Part shown: one piece after another, positions 1 through 7,986 of the stretch
How the letters are laid out: each line of letters starts with the position of its first letter
Position numbering within the stretch: position 1 is the first letter of the stretch
Source: Gemmatimonadota bacterium
GTDB lineage: Bacteria; Gemmatimonadota; Gemmatimonadetes; Palauibacterales; Palauibacteraceae
DNA: 36,397 nt
Reading direction: 5' to 3'
NCBI GenBank assembly: GCA_039656095.1
Contig: JBDHMQ010000002.1
Span: 1-36,397, forward strand
Notes under the pieces: generated by a model
Seen by the model: only the letters and a program-made list of their open reading frames with translations
The model's database searches: none
What the model was told of the DNA's origin: nothing
Made by a program: the position numbers and the translations under genes

Positions 1-100
1 TTTCGTTTTCTACGGGATAGAGCTGCAACGCTTTGGTGGCGTTGTACATTGACGTGAGTACCTCGGTGCTGACTCCCTGCTGAGGTTCGGTGGTATTCAT
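1..100 (-). CDS. N-terminus of a gene running off the left edge; probably HD-GYP/HD phosphohydrolase partner of the HEAT protein
   Basis: ATG at 100 overlaps the HEAT gene stop (ATGA); open frame MNTTEPQQGVSTEVLTSMYNATKALQLYPVENE. The 'KALQLYPxEN' start resembles HD-GYP proteins that follow such HEAT genes (recalled, not searched). Confidence 0.5.
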   Translation of the reverse strand, partial: MNTTEPQQGVSTEVLTSMYNATKALQLYPVENE

Positions 101-1830
101 TCTTCGTCCTCTTCAGGATGCGAATCGCTGGTCTGCTCGCTATGACGCAAGCACAATCGGACAGCATCCGATACGGTGCTGTTCTTATCGCCCTTTGCCT
201 TGGTCAGCTCTTGAACCGCCTCCGGTGTCGCGACTGATGCCAGGGCTCGCGCAGCGCCGGCCCTGACGATCGCCGCCTGCTTGCCACCCCAGCGGCCTCT
301 TCCATTCAGGAGTATCGCAAGTTCAGGAACGGAGTCCTCTGGTCCGGCAGCAACCAGCGCCCTGAGGAAGGCGGCCTGCTCCACTTCCTCTCGACTTGCG
401 AAGCGCCGGCTCGTGATGTGTTGCCGAAGATTCTGGGCTGCACCCGGCGGGGCGAGGCGTGTGATCGCCCCAAGCGCTGTCTTGCGTACCGTCCAGTCGA
501 GATCGTCAAGCGCTGCGAAGACGCTGGTTCCTGCTTCGTCAGCCGACATGAATCCGAGAGCCTCGATGGCTGCACGCCTTGCAACTGTCTCGGGCCGTTG
601 GGCCAGCCGTGCCAGATCCTTCACAGCCGAGACGATGCCGAGTCGCGCCAGGGTCATCGCAGCTTCGGCCGCGAGTACGGGGTCATCGGATCCCAGTAGT
701 TCTGTCATGTGGGCCGGAAAGCGAGCCACCAGATCGTCAATCGCCTGTTCGATCCGTTCGCGGAGGTTCGGGTCAGATACGGACGGAAGAGCCCGCACCA
801 AGGTGGGGAGGGCCTCCGCCTGGAGAGCATTGAGTAGACTATCTACGTCAGAGCCTTCGGGATCATGTTCGGCTCCTTCCATTACCGTGCTCACGAGAGT
901 CGCCATGGCCTCGCTCATATCCCTCAACAGGGCTACCACGAGTTCTTGCGTGTCCCGTTCACCCGTCTTGTTCGCCAGCAACTGCAACTCGTTTACGATG
1001 AGCGCAACTGACGCAAAATCGGGGATGGCAAGCAGCTCAGGAAGGAACCTTCGGAGAATGTCCACCACCTGCTGACGTCGCTCATGGTCGCGCATCTCAA
1101 ACTGGTCGAGTAGCGCTAACGTGACATCATGGACCAGGTTTCGTTCCTGATCGAGCTCAATTTCCCTCTGCAGGTACCCCTGATCAGCTTCGGAAAGCAG
1201 GATCTCCTGGAACCCGTCGTCAACCTCAGTCGATACCGGCCCGGCTTCGACGACGCGCTCGATCTCCGACATGTCTGTAATGGTCTCGCCGGCGCCTGCA
1301 TTCCTGTTTCCTGCGGGCACGTCCAGATTCTCATCTTCGCCGATATCCACGTACTCGATTCGGATAAACGAGAAATCCCGGTGCCACAGGGTGGCCAACA
1401 GGTCCGAAGATCTTCCCCTGCGCACATTCGCGAGGATTTCCACGAATTCGCGCAATTCGCCTTGCTCACAGCCAGGAAGCACCGCGAGGGTCCGAATCCC
1501 CTCGCGAAAGAACATGAAAGCAAAGTTGTCATGTCCGATCGGCTGGTCGTAGACAGGCTGGTCCTGCCAGACAAGCTGTCCTTCGTCGATCGTCAGGGTG
1601 AGATGAGGGAGGTCTTCCCAGAGATTTCGAACCTGATCCAGTAGGGCCCGGTGAAATCGCTCGATCAGCTGATTGCCGCGTACATATGCCTGTCTCGTCC
1701 TGTAATCTTTCAACAGGGCGACAACAACTTCTTCAATCCGGAGTGCCGAATCGCGGTCGATGTCGTCGACCGAGACGCCTGCACCGCCGGACTTCAAGTT
1801 CACCGAGCTTTGATCCTGAACGTTGTCCAT
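97..1830 (-). CDS. HEAT repeat domain-containing protein
   Basis: 599-aa ORF; C-terminal HEAT/PBS-like repeats (DPVLAAEAAMTLARLG, ARRAAIEALG, DWTVRKTALGAI, VRAGAARALA). Start placed at ATG 1830 (MDNVQ) because the ORF-track start 1896 overlaps the pduO 3' end. Confidence 0.8.
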   Translation of the reverse strand: MDNVQDQSSVNLKSGGAGVSVDDIDRDSALRIEEVVVALLKDYRTRQAYVRGNQLIERFHRALLDQVRNLWEDLPHLTLTIDEGQLVWQDQPVYDQPIGHDNFAFMFFREGIRTLAVLPGCEQGELREFVEILANVRRGRSSDLLATLWHRDFSFIRIEYVDIGEDENLDVPAGNRNAGAGETITDMSEIERVVEAGPVSTEVDDGFQEILLSEADQGYLQREIELDQERNLVHDVTLALLDQFEMRDHERRQQVVDILRRFLPELLAIPDFASVALIVNELQLLANKTGERDTQELVVALLRDMSEAMATLVSTVMEGAEHDPEGSDVDSLLNALQAEALPTLVRALPSVSDPNLRERIEQAIDDLVARFPAHMTELLGSDDPVLAAEAAMTLARLGIVSAVKDLARLAQRPETVARRAAIEALGFMSADEAGTSVFAALDDLDWTVRKTALGAITRLAPPGAAQNLRQHITSRRFASREEVEQAAFLRALVAAGPEDSVPELAILLNGRGRWGGKQAAIVRAGAARALASVATPEAVQELTKAKGDKNSTVSDAVRLCLRHSEQTSDSHPEEDEE

Positions 1831-1859
1831 TGTCTGGATCCGTGTGGGTTTTCCGCTTG

Positions 1860-2424
1860 CTATCTGTCGGGCCGACGCCTTCGCATCGGCTCCCATCGGG
1901 CTTCCACTGTTCCCGAAAGGTTATTCACGGATCGTGCCAGCGTGAAAAGCAGGTCGGACAGCCGGTTGATGTAGGGCAGGAGCACGTCGCCGAATTCGGG
2001 CCGGCCATCAAGTAACGGCTCTTCGACACACCGTGCGAGCCACGTGCAGGTGGGCCCCCGCAGGTGATCCACCCGGAAGGATGAACGCGTCAAGTGGCTG
2101 CAGCCCCGAGTCCAGCCTGTCTATCCAGGCCTCCAGGTCGGACACCCGGCTGGCCGGAAGCTCCGGGAGCGTGGCCTGCTTCATGGCCCGCTCTGGATCG
2201 GCGGCTGCGAGAAGCGCTCCCAGAGTCAGGAGGTCGGACTGCACCTCGACTAGATCACCTGTGCCGAGATCACCCTGTGGATCGAGGGCGATGACAATGC
2301 CGAGTACAGCGTTGAGTTCATCAACCGTCCCATACGCTTCGACCCGCGCGTCATGTTTGGGAACGGTGACCCCGCCATAGAGCTTTGTTTTTCCCCGATC
2401 TCCTGTCTTCGTGTAAATCTTCAT
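1860..2424 (-). pseudogene. pduO: PduO-type ATP:cob(I)alamin adenosyltransferase, frameshifted
   Basis: MKIYTKTGDxG, VEAYGTVDELN, FILPGG and ARTVCRRA lie in ORF 2008..2427; the C-terminal YINRLSDLLFTLAR lies in another frame (1860..2093). The ER of RRAER is missing at the junction near 2016. Confidence 0.85.
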
Positions 2425-3032
2425 CACAGCGCCTCGTCGACGGGTAGACCGTAAAGTATTTGTACCGATCGAATGTCACGGTGGGAGAGTTCCAGGTTGC
2501 GGTTGCCGGGGTGCATGGCATCTGCCGGGTTCTCGCTATGGGGCAGACCCACAACGTGTCCGATTTCATGCAGGGCCACGAGCCGAATGAACTCATTGCT
2601 CATTTGCATTCCATCCGAGTGTGTGTCCGCGAGCGTCACCGTAACACGCTCGATGAATCCCGAGTCATCCAGCTGCCGATCGGTCAAACCGGCTTGAGTC
2701 GTCGGGAACCTGGGGATCCAGCGAAACTCGATGTCGGCTTCGGCGACATCTTGAACAGGCTTGAACTGCAGCGGAAACCCTGAAATGCCTTCCCACACCC
2801 GCAAGGATCGGCGTGCTTCATTCCAGTAATCGTCGCGCTGTTTGGGCGGGGGGGCGAAGTACACGTTCAGCGTTCGGGATCCTGAGGTGGGGAGCTGCCA
2901 ACGGGCCATCGAACCAGATCGGGCGATACCGGATTCTGCTACATAGGTTTCGCCTGGTGGTACGACTGCCTGTGCCTCGATGCTGGCCGCGAGAGGAAAA
3001 ACGGAAGCAACGGCAGAGATCAATACCAGCAC
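2424..3032 (-). CDS. Secreted matrixin-family (M10, metzincin) zinc metalloprotease
   Basis: HEIGHVVGLPH zinc motif, Met-turn (DAMHP), ADIEFRW, hydrophobic N-terminal signal. The true start may be CTG at 3050. Confidence 0.85.
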   Translation of the reverse strand: MLVLISAVASVFPLAASIEAQAVVPPGETYVAESGIARSGSMARWQLPTSGSRTLNVYFAPPPKQRDDYWNEARRSLRVWEGISGFPLQFKPVQDVAEADIEFRWIPRFPTTQAGLTDRQLDDSGFIERVTVTLADTHSDGMQMSNEFIRLVALHEIGHVVGLPHSENPADAMHPGNRNLELSHRDIRSVQILYGLPVDEAL

Positions 3033-3161
3033 TAGGGTTCGAATCGTCAGCCGAGGTTCTCCTGTTGTCGGTGCGGGAGCCGTTCAGGCAGTAACTATAG
3101 AGGTGTCCGGCCGGATGGCGGAAGTCAAGTCCGATCGTCCAATCTGACCGTGATTTTCGGG

Positions 3162-3190
3162 TTGACATTATTTGGGGTGCGGCGTACCAT
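3162..3190 (+). promoter_or_regulatory. sigma70 promoter of the tRNA cluster
   Basis: TTGACA (3162-3167), 17-bp spacer, TACCAT (3185-3190), 10 nt before tRNA-fMet. Confidence 0.85.
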
Positions 3191-3200
3191 CGGTGCCCGA

Positions 3201-3274
<74 letters not shown>

Positions 3275-3289
3275 CTTCTAATGATGGCG

Positions 3290-3329
3290 TGCCCCGTGCG
3301 CTGGCGACGGCAGGCGGGGCATTTTGTTT
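3290..3329 (+). terminator. Putative intrinsic terminator after tRNA-fMet
   Basis: TGCCCCG...CGGGGCA stem with inner GCTG-GCGA-CGGC hairpin, followed by TTTTGTTT. Confidence 0.6.
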
Positions 3330-3367
3330 GGATCAAATGCTGTTTGAAAGTTGTAGGAGAGTCCCAT

Positions 3368-3440
3368 TCCGGGGTAGCTCAGTGGCCAGAGCGGGTGGCT
3401 GTTAACCACTAGGTCGAGGGTTCGAATCCCTCCCCCGGAG
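3368..3440 (+). tRNA. tRNA-Asn (GTT)
   Basis: TCCGGGG/CCCCGGA acceptor; anticodon GTT 3401-3403; GGTTCGAATCC T-arm. Confidence 0.96.
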
Positions 3441-3449
3441 CTCGACGGC

Positions 3450-3523
3450 GGCTGGGTAGCTCAGCCTGGTAGAGCACCGCGCTGAAAACGCGGGTGTCGG
3501 CGGTTCGAGTCCGCCCCCAGCCA
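3450..3523 (+). tRNA. tRNA-Phe (GAA)
   Basis: GGCTGGG/CCCAGCC acceptor; CCGCG-CT-GAA-AA-CGCGG. Confidence 0.96.
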
Positions 3524-3537
3524 TGTCGCATTTGCAC

Positions 3538-3610
3538 AGGGGCGTAGCTCAACTGGCAGAGCACCGGTCTCCAAAACCGAAGGTTGGAGGTTCGAGTCCT
3601 CCCGCCCCTG
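3538..3610 (+). tRNA. tRNA-Trp (CCA)
   Basis: AGGGGCG/CGCCCCT acceptor, G73; CCGGT-CT-CCA-AA-ACCGA with a C27/A43 mismatch. Confidence 0.96.
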
Positions 3611-3633
3611 TTTGCAGGCGATCTCAATAGCGG

Positions 3634-3705
<72 letters not shown>

Positions 3706-3754
3706 CTCAGGCAAGTTGAATGAGGGGCAGGAAGGGCGAGATTCTCAGTCGCGA

Positions 3755-3828
3755 GCGCCCGTAGCTCAGCTGGATAGAGCATCGGCCTTCTAAGCCGAGG
3801 GTCGCAGGTTCGAGTCCTGCCGGGCGCA
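3755..3828 (+). tRNA. tRNA-Arg (TCT)
   Basis: GCGCCCG/CGGGCGC acceptor; TCGGC-CT-TCT-AA-GCCGA. Confidence 0.96.
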
Positions 3829-3831
3829 TCG

Positions 3832-3855
3832 AAAAAGCCGAAGCGGTGCTTCGGC
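3832..3855 (-). terminator. Minus-strand intrinsic terminator-like hairpin inside the tRNA cluster
   Basis: GCCGAAGC-GGT-GCTTCGGC perfect 8-bp stem preceded by AAAAA, which is a U-tract on the - strand. Confidence 0.5.
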
Positions 3856-3864
3856 AGTGGGTGG

Positions 3865-3936
3865 GCTCCCATCGTCTAACGGTCAGGACACCACTCTTTC
3901 AAGGTGGAGATAGGGGTTCGATTCCCCTTGGGAGCA
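3865..3936 (+). tRNA. tRNA-Glu (TTC)
   Basis: GCTCCCA/TGGGAGC acceptor; CCACT-CT-TTC-AA-GGTGG. Confidence 0.95.
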
Positions 3937-3940
3937 TCGC

Positions 3941-4013
<73 letters not shown>

Positions 4014-4038
4014 TAGTTCAATCAGTTTGCAGGAATGC

Positions 4039-4111
4039 GCGCCGCTAGCTCAATCGGCAGAGCAACTGGCTCTTAACCAGTAGGTTGAAGGTTCGATTCC
4101 TTCGCGGCGCA
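4039..4111 (+). tRNA. tRNA-Lys (CTT)
   Basis: GCGCCGC/GCGGCGC acceptor; ACTGG-CT-CTT-AA-CCAGT. Confidence 0.96.
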
Positions 4112-4157
4112 TTCCGGTTCGGACCAGCGGGTCCAGTAGATCCGCGTACCGGTTCAT

Positions 4158-4231
<74 letters not shown>

Positions 4232-4254
4232 CTAGAGCAACCTCATTGAAACTT

Positions 4255-4644
4255 CTAGGCCTTACTTGCCTGCCCTCCGAGGATTCTCCAGCTGACAATG
4301 AACAGCGCCAGAAATCCGAGATCTGCCCAGGCCCACGGCATCCACATGGCCGGGATACTCGATGTCAACGCATAGCCAAACGTCATCGAACAATAAGCAA
4401 CTTTCAGCCCGCTTCCGTAGAGAATCAGTTCGCGATTCTTGATCGGATCCATCGCAATGCGGTAGAACATTATGCCGAACAGGATCAATAGCAGTGCCGG
4501 GAACTGCACATATGCCATGTGGTTTGGCGGGGTTACGCCAAACATGTCGAATATGGCTCCCGGGGCACTGAAAAAGGCCACACCAAGTACAGCTTCATAG
4601 AGCGCGGCCACTAGAAAGAACGGCTTGATCCAAGGTCTGGTCAT
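4255..4644 (-). CDS. Hypothetical integral membrane protein (about 4 TM)
   Basis: 129-aa hydrophobic ORF; ATGA-coupled to the upstream radical SAM gene. Confidence 0.8.
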   Translation of the reverse strand: MTRPWIKPFFLVAALYEAVLGVAFFSAPGAIFDMFGVTPPNHMAYVQFPALLLILFGIMFYRIAMDPIKNRELILYGSGLKVAYCSMTFGYALTSSIPAMWMPWAWADLGFLALFIVSWRILGGQASKA

Positions 4645-5981
4645 ACTGCACCCCCAACGTGAACTCGTTCACGGCTCTTCATCTCACGCAGCTTCCCCAG
4701 GAAAGCCACGCGACGGGACTTGGTTGCTTCCTCGCTATACAGTTCCTTCGCGAGCCACACAAATCTACTCTCGAGTTCCTCCACGGTCATGCGGTCCGGC
4801 TGGAAGTTCACATCGAACAACGTGCAGAGCTCCCACGCATTTTCCTTGAGAATCCGCCCTTCGCGTTTCAGCCTCTCGTACAGCGGCGTGGACGGAAACG
4901 CCGTCTGAATTGTAATCTGTACTTCACGAAGGCCGCTAGTCTTGACGAAGTCCCGGACCTCTTCAAAGCTCTCCTGTCCCGTGCCGTCGAGACCGAGTAC
5001 GAAACAACCATTGACGCTTATCCCATGGCTCTGAATCCGGTCGATGGCACTCACATATGAATCGAGCTGTCGAGCCTTCCAATCCGACTTCTGTTCCACA
5101 CCATGGAGTCCTGCCTTCGACGTACTCTCGAGGCCGATCAAGACCTGCGCGCAACCACTATCACGCATCAGGGCAAGGAGTTCTTCGTCATGCGCCAGAG
5201 AGATGTCCGACTCGGTAAACCAGAGGATGTCTTCACGCGCAATTGCCCGCAGCAAGTCTTTCGCGTGCTTTTTGTTGACGAACGTGTTGTCATCGGCAAA
5301 TTCGATGAATGGTCGCGGCCAGATTTCCTTGATACGGCGGATCTCGGCGATCACCCGGTCGACAGGCTTGACGCGAAACGCGGGCTGCAGGCGTATGGAT
5401 GACGCGCAAAACTCGCAATTGAAGGGACAGCCTCGCTGGGTCTGGACGGTAATGCGGTTGTAACGATCAGGATCGAGCAAATCGAACCGCGGCATGGGCG
5501 AATTGGCCAGGTCAAACGGCGTGGCTCTCGCATCGTACCGGGCCTGCAACTTCCTATTGCGCAGGTCGCTGACGACCTGTGGCCATACCGGCTCACCCTC
5601 ACCAATAACCACACAGTCGGCGTGCTGAAGTGCCTCATCAGGCATCGCCGTGACATGAAGCCCGCCAAGGATGACCACGACTCCGGCGGCGCGGAATCGA
5701 TCGGCCAGCTCATAGGCTTCATTCATCTGTGCCGAGAATGACGAGATGGCAACGGCGTCGTAATCTCCAGGCAAGCCGTCCAACGCGTTGAGATCCGCGA
5801 TCTCTTTATAGTCGATCTCAACCTCGGTTGGCGTGAGTCCCGCCAGTGTGAGGAGACCGAGACTGGGCAACGATGCAATGATCTTGTTGCGCTCGACAAA
5901 CCCCGGCAGAGTCAGGCCCAGACGCGTGAGTTCCTCATTGTGGGCGCGTACGCCGCTCATTGCTACGAGTCCGAGTTTCAT
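4641..5981 (-). CDS. Cobalamin (B12)-binding radical SAM protein
   Basis: B12-binding domain (PSLGLLTLAGLTP, ILGGLHVTAMPDEA); RGCPFNCEFC CxxxCxxC; FADDN; IGLES. Start ATG 5981 is coupled (ATGA) to the upstream gene. Confidence 0.92.
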   Translation of the reverse strand: MKLGLVAMSGVRAHNEELTRLGLTLPGFVERNKIIASLPSLGLLTLAGLTPTEVEIDYKEIADLNALDGLPGDYDAVAISSFSAQMNEAYELADRFRAAGVVVILGGLHVTAMPDEALQHADCVVIGEGEPVWPQVVSDLRNRKLQARYDARATPFDLANSPMPRFDLLDPDRYNRITVQTQRGCPFNCEFCASSIRLQPAFRVKPVDRVIAEIRRIKEIWPRPFIEFADDNTFVNKKHAKDLLRAIAREDILWFTESDISLAHDEELLALMRDSGCAQVLIGLESTSKAGLHGVEQKSDWKARQLDSYVSAIDRIQSHGISVNGCFVLGLDGTGQESFEEVRDFVKTSGLREVQITIQTAFPSTPLYERLKREGRILKENAWELCTLFDVNFQPDRMTVEELESRFVWLAKELYSEEATKSRRVAFLGKLREMKSRERVHVGGAV

Positions 5982-6364
5982 GATTGTAGCCCGAGCAAGA
6001 TCGGTATGATTCCCGCCAGCACGGCAAGTACCGGAATCGGAAAAAAGTGTCTCAGGGGCTTCTTCCAGGCCGTCAGGAAGCAGGTCAGCGGCATCGCGAT
6101 TACGCCGACAAGGAATCCGGCTGAGGCGATGCTCGAGTGCAGTGGTGGCAGTGAGGCGACGGATATTGTTAGCCCGAACAGCAGATTCAGAAAGCCGATG
6201 CCAAAAAACGATATATGACCCAATCGAAGCATGCGTCGGCGATACGACGAATATCCACCCGCCCAACCTTCTTTGTGAAAGAACAGTCCGAGTACGCCGC
6301 CGGAGACGACCCCGAACAACATGGCGACCCACCCTACATATAGATGAAGGCTGTCAGTTGTCAT
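5978..6364 (-). CDS. Hypothetical membrane protein (GGYxSxRRRxLRLGH motif)
   Basis: GAGGAG RBS 9 nt before ATG 6364; about 4 hydrophobic helices. Confidence 0.8.
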   Translation of the reverse strand: MTTDSLHLYVGWVAMLFGVVSGGVLGLFFHKEGWAGGYSSYRRRMLRLGHISFFGIGFLNLLFGLTISVASLPPLHSSIASAGFLVGVIAMPLTCFLTAWKKPLRHFFPIPVLAVLAGIIPILLGLQS

Positions 6365-6400
6365 TTGATCCGACTCCTCGATATGTGTTCCGGTTTCGGC

Positions 6401-6434
6401 GTGTGCCCCGACAGCGAGTTCTGTCGGGCACACT
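6401..6434. repeat. Hairpin containing a degenerate direct repeat of the tRNA-Arg(CCG) 3' end (att-like remnant)
   Basis: 6415-6434 CGAGTTCTGTCGGGCACACT matches 4214-4233 CGAATCCTGTCGGGCGCACT at 17/20; it also forms the inverted repeat GTGTGCCC(C)GACAG/CTGTCGGGCACAC. Confidence 0.6.
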
Positions 6435-6466
6435 CCTCAGCCGCGGTCAATGCTCAACGCACACGA

Positions 6467-6940
6467 TCAAAATCCAAAGCGCAACAATTGTAATCCGATA
6501 GTGGTCTGCCCGTCGGAGCGAATCGCGACGAGTTCGGGCTTTACCTGAAGTCCTTCCTGGCGGACCTTGACGTTGTATGCCTTCGCGTCGCTTACGCCAG
6601 ATGTAATCGACCAGATCCAGTTGATGATAAATACGCCGGCTGAGATTCCTAACAGGGTGCAATTGTCGTCCGGGCTACTGAAAACGAGCCCACAATTGTC
6701 ACTGCCAGCCTGTATCCCTGCAGCACTCACAAGGCCTATGGCGAGATGTCTTATTCCATGGCCTGAGTTTCCCGCATAGAAGGATCCGGCCCCTGGGAAT
6801 ACCAAACCGCTCAGTAGCCCGGCGGTGGTCGGACTCTTTTCACTAATGATGACAACCGTTTGTTGTGCCTCCTGGGCCAGAAGTTCGGGTGCCTGCGTGA
6901 CCGAGATGACGGCGAGCAGGGCTAATAACGTGCTCTTCAT
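6467..6940 (-). CDS. Exported/membrane protein with TM2/DUF5683-like motif
   Basis: GGGAGG RBS before ATG 6940; signal peptide MKSTLLALLAV...LLAQ; KSPTTAGLLSGLVFPGAGSFYAG motif; C-terminal F. Confidence 0.75.
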   Translation of the reverse strand: MKSTLLALLAVISVTQAPELLAQEAQQTVVIISEKSPTTAGLLSGLVFPGAGSFYAGNSGHGIRHLAIGLVSAAGIQAGSDNCGLVFSSPDDNCTLLGISAGVFIINWIWSITSGVSDAKAYNVKVRQEGLQVKPELVAIRSDGQTTIGLQLLRFGF

Positions 6941-7164
6941 GTGAACCTCCCGTTGGGGTGTGAGCCAACGGTGCCCGGAGCCGGTCAAGCGGCAGTCAAG
7001 TGGTTGCTTCGCGACGCCAAAGGACACGCGCAATATGCGCCGGCTCACGCTGCGTTTGGTGGATTGGAGGGGACTTTATTGCATCGAGTTTGTGGCTGGA
7101 AGATGCCCGCAGTGGCCACGGTCGCTCGATGCTGTGTTCGCCGTTCGGCGAAGTCAGGCCTGAC

Positions 7165-7986
7165 TTACGATCCCAGGCTTCCCGGGCCAAAGAACAGCAA
7201 TCTCGCTGCAACCCGCCGCCGGTATTCAGCCGTGGACCGGATGTCGTCGATCGGAGAAACGTCTGCCGCCAGGGCAGTTTCGAACGAAGCAGGTGTGTCG
7301 GCGTCCTTACCTGAGTCCAGGAGGGCTTCAACTGCGGGGCACCTACAAACCGTTGGGGCAAGACTGGCCGCAACAACACGCCAACCGTCCTCCGCCCGCA
7401 CCGTCGCCAGGCCGACCTTGGCTATCGCCTGTGCCCGCCGCGAGCCGACTTTGTCGAACCGGTGATTTGTGCGAGGCGCCAGCGGTACGCGGATCGAAGT
7501 AATCAGCTGGTCGTCTGCCAGCAGCATTTTCTTGTAGCCGAAGTAGAACTCAGACAGGGGAATTTCACAGATGTCGCGCTCGGACTGGACCACGACGACA
7601 GCGTCGTAAGCCATCAGCACCGGAACGCCATCAGCGGCCGGTGACCCGTTAGCGATGTTTCCTGCCCATGTTCCGCGGGCCTGGATCTGAACAGCGCCGA
7701 CTTGCCGGGCTGCATCCACGAGCAATGGCAGGTCTTTGGCACTGCGTGGATCCCGAATCAGGTCCCAGTAGGTTGTCGTGCCGCCCAGGATGAGCGCGTC
7801 GTCCGTCCAGCGGTGCTGCCGTATTTCCGGAATCCGACCGAGATCGACATAGGTCGCCTCCCGCGCTTCATGATGGGCAGGCCAATGAACGAGCAAATCC
7901 GTGCCGCCTGCGAGAGGGATGGCCTCGGGTTCTTCGGCCATCATGCCTAGCGCCTCGCGAAGCGAAGTCGGACAGAGAACGTTCAC
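7165..7986 (-). CDS. xdhB: Xanthine dehydrogenase-family FAD-binding (medium) subunit
   Basis: LAGGTDL, QIQARGTWAGNIANGSPAAD, SPIDDIRSTAEYRR. Confidence 0.93.
   Translation of the reverse strand: MNVLCPTSLREALGMMAEEPEAIPLAGGTDLLVHWPAHHEAREATYVDLGRIPEIRQHRWTDDALILGGTTTYWDLIRDPRSAKDLPLLVDAARQVGAVQIQARGTWAGNIANGSPAADGVPVLMAYDAVVVVQSERDICEIPLSEFYFGYKKMLLADDQLITSIRVPLAPRTNHRFDKVGSRRAQAIAKVGLATVRAEDGWRVVAASLAPTVCRCPAVEALLDSGKDADTPASFETALAADVSPIDDIRSTAEYRRRVAARLLFFGPGSLGS

Noticed and set aside
5982-6332. 117-aa N-terminal extension of the radical SAM ORF (563 aa in the track)
   Set aside because: It overlaps the real membrane-protein gene in another frame; the ATGA-coupled start at 5981 fits the B12-domain start.
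6984-7000. GTCAAG direct repeat with 11-bp period as a response-regulator site
   Set aside because: Only two hexamers and no matching -10; too weak to support.
7081-7132. Cobalamin riboswitch upstream of the B12-related genes (GCCACTG on the - strand)
   Set aside because: The accompanying GGGAAG and B12-box elements are absent; only a generic hairpin is supported.
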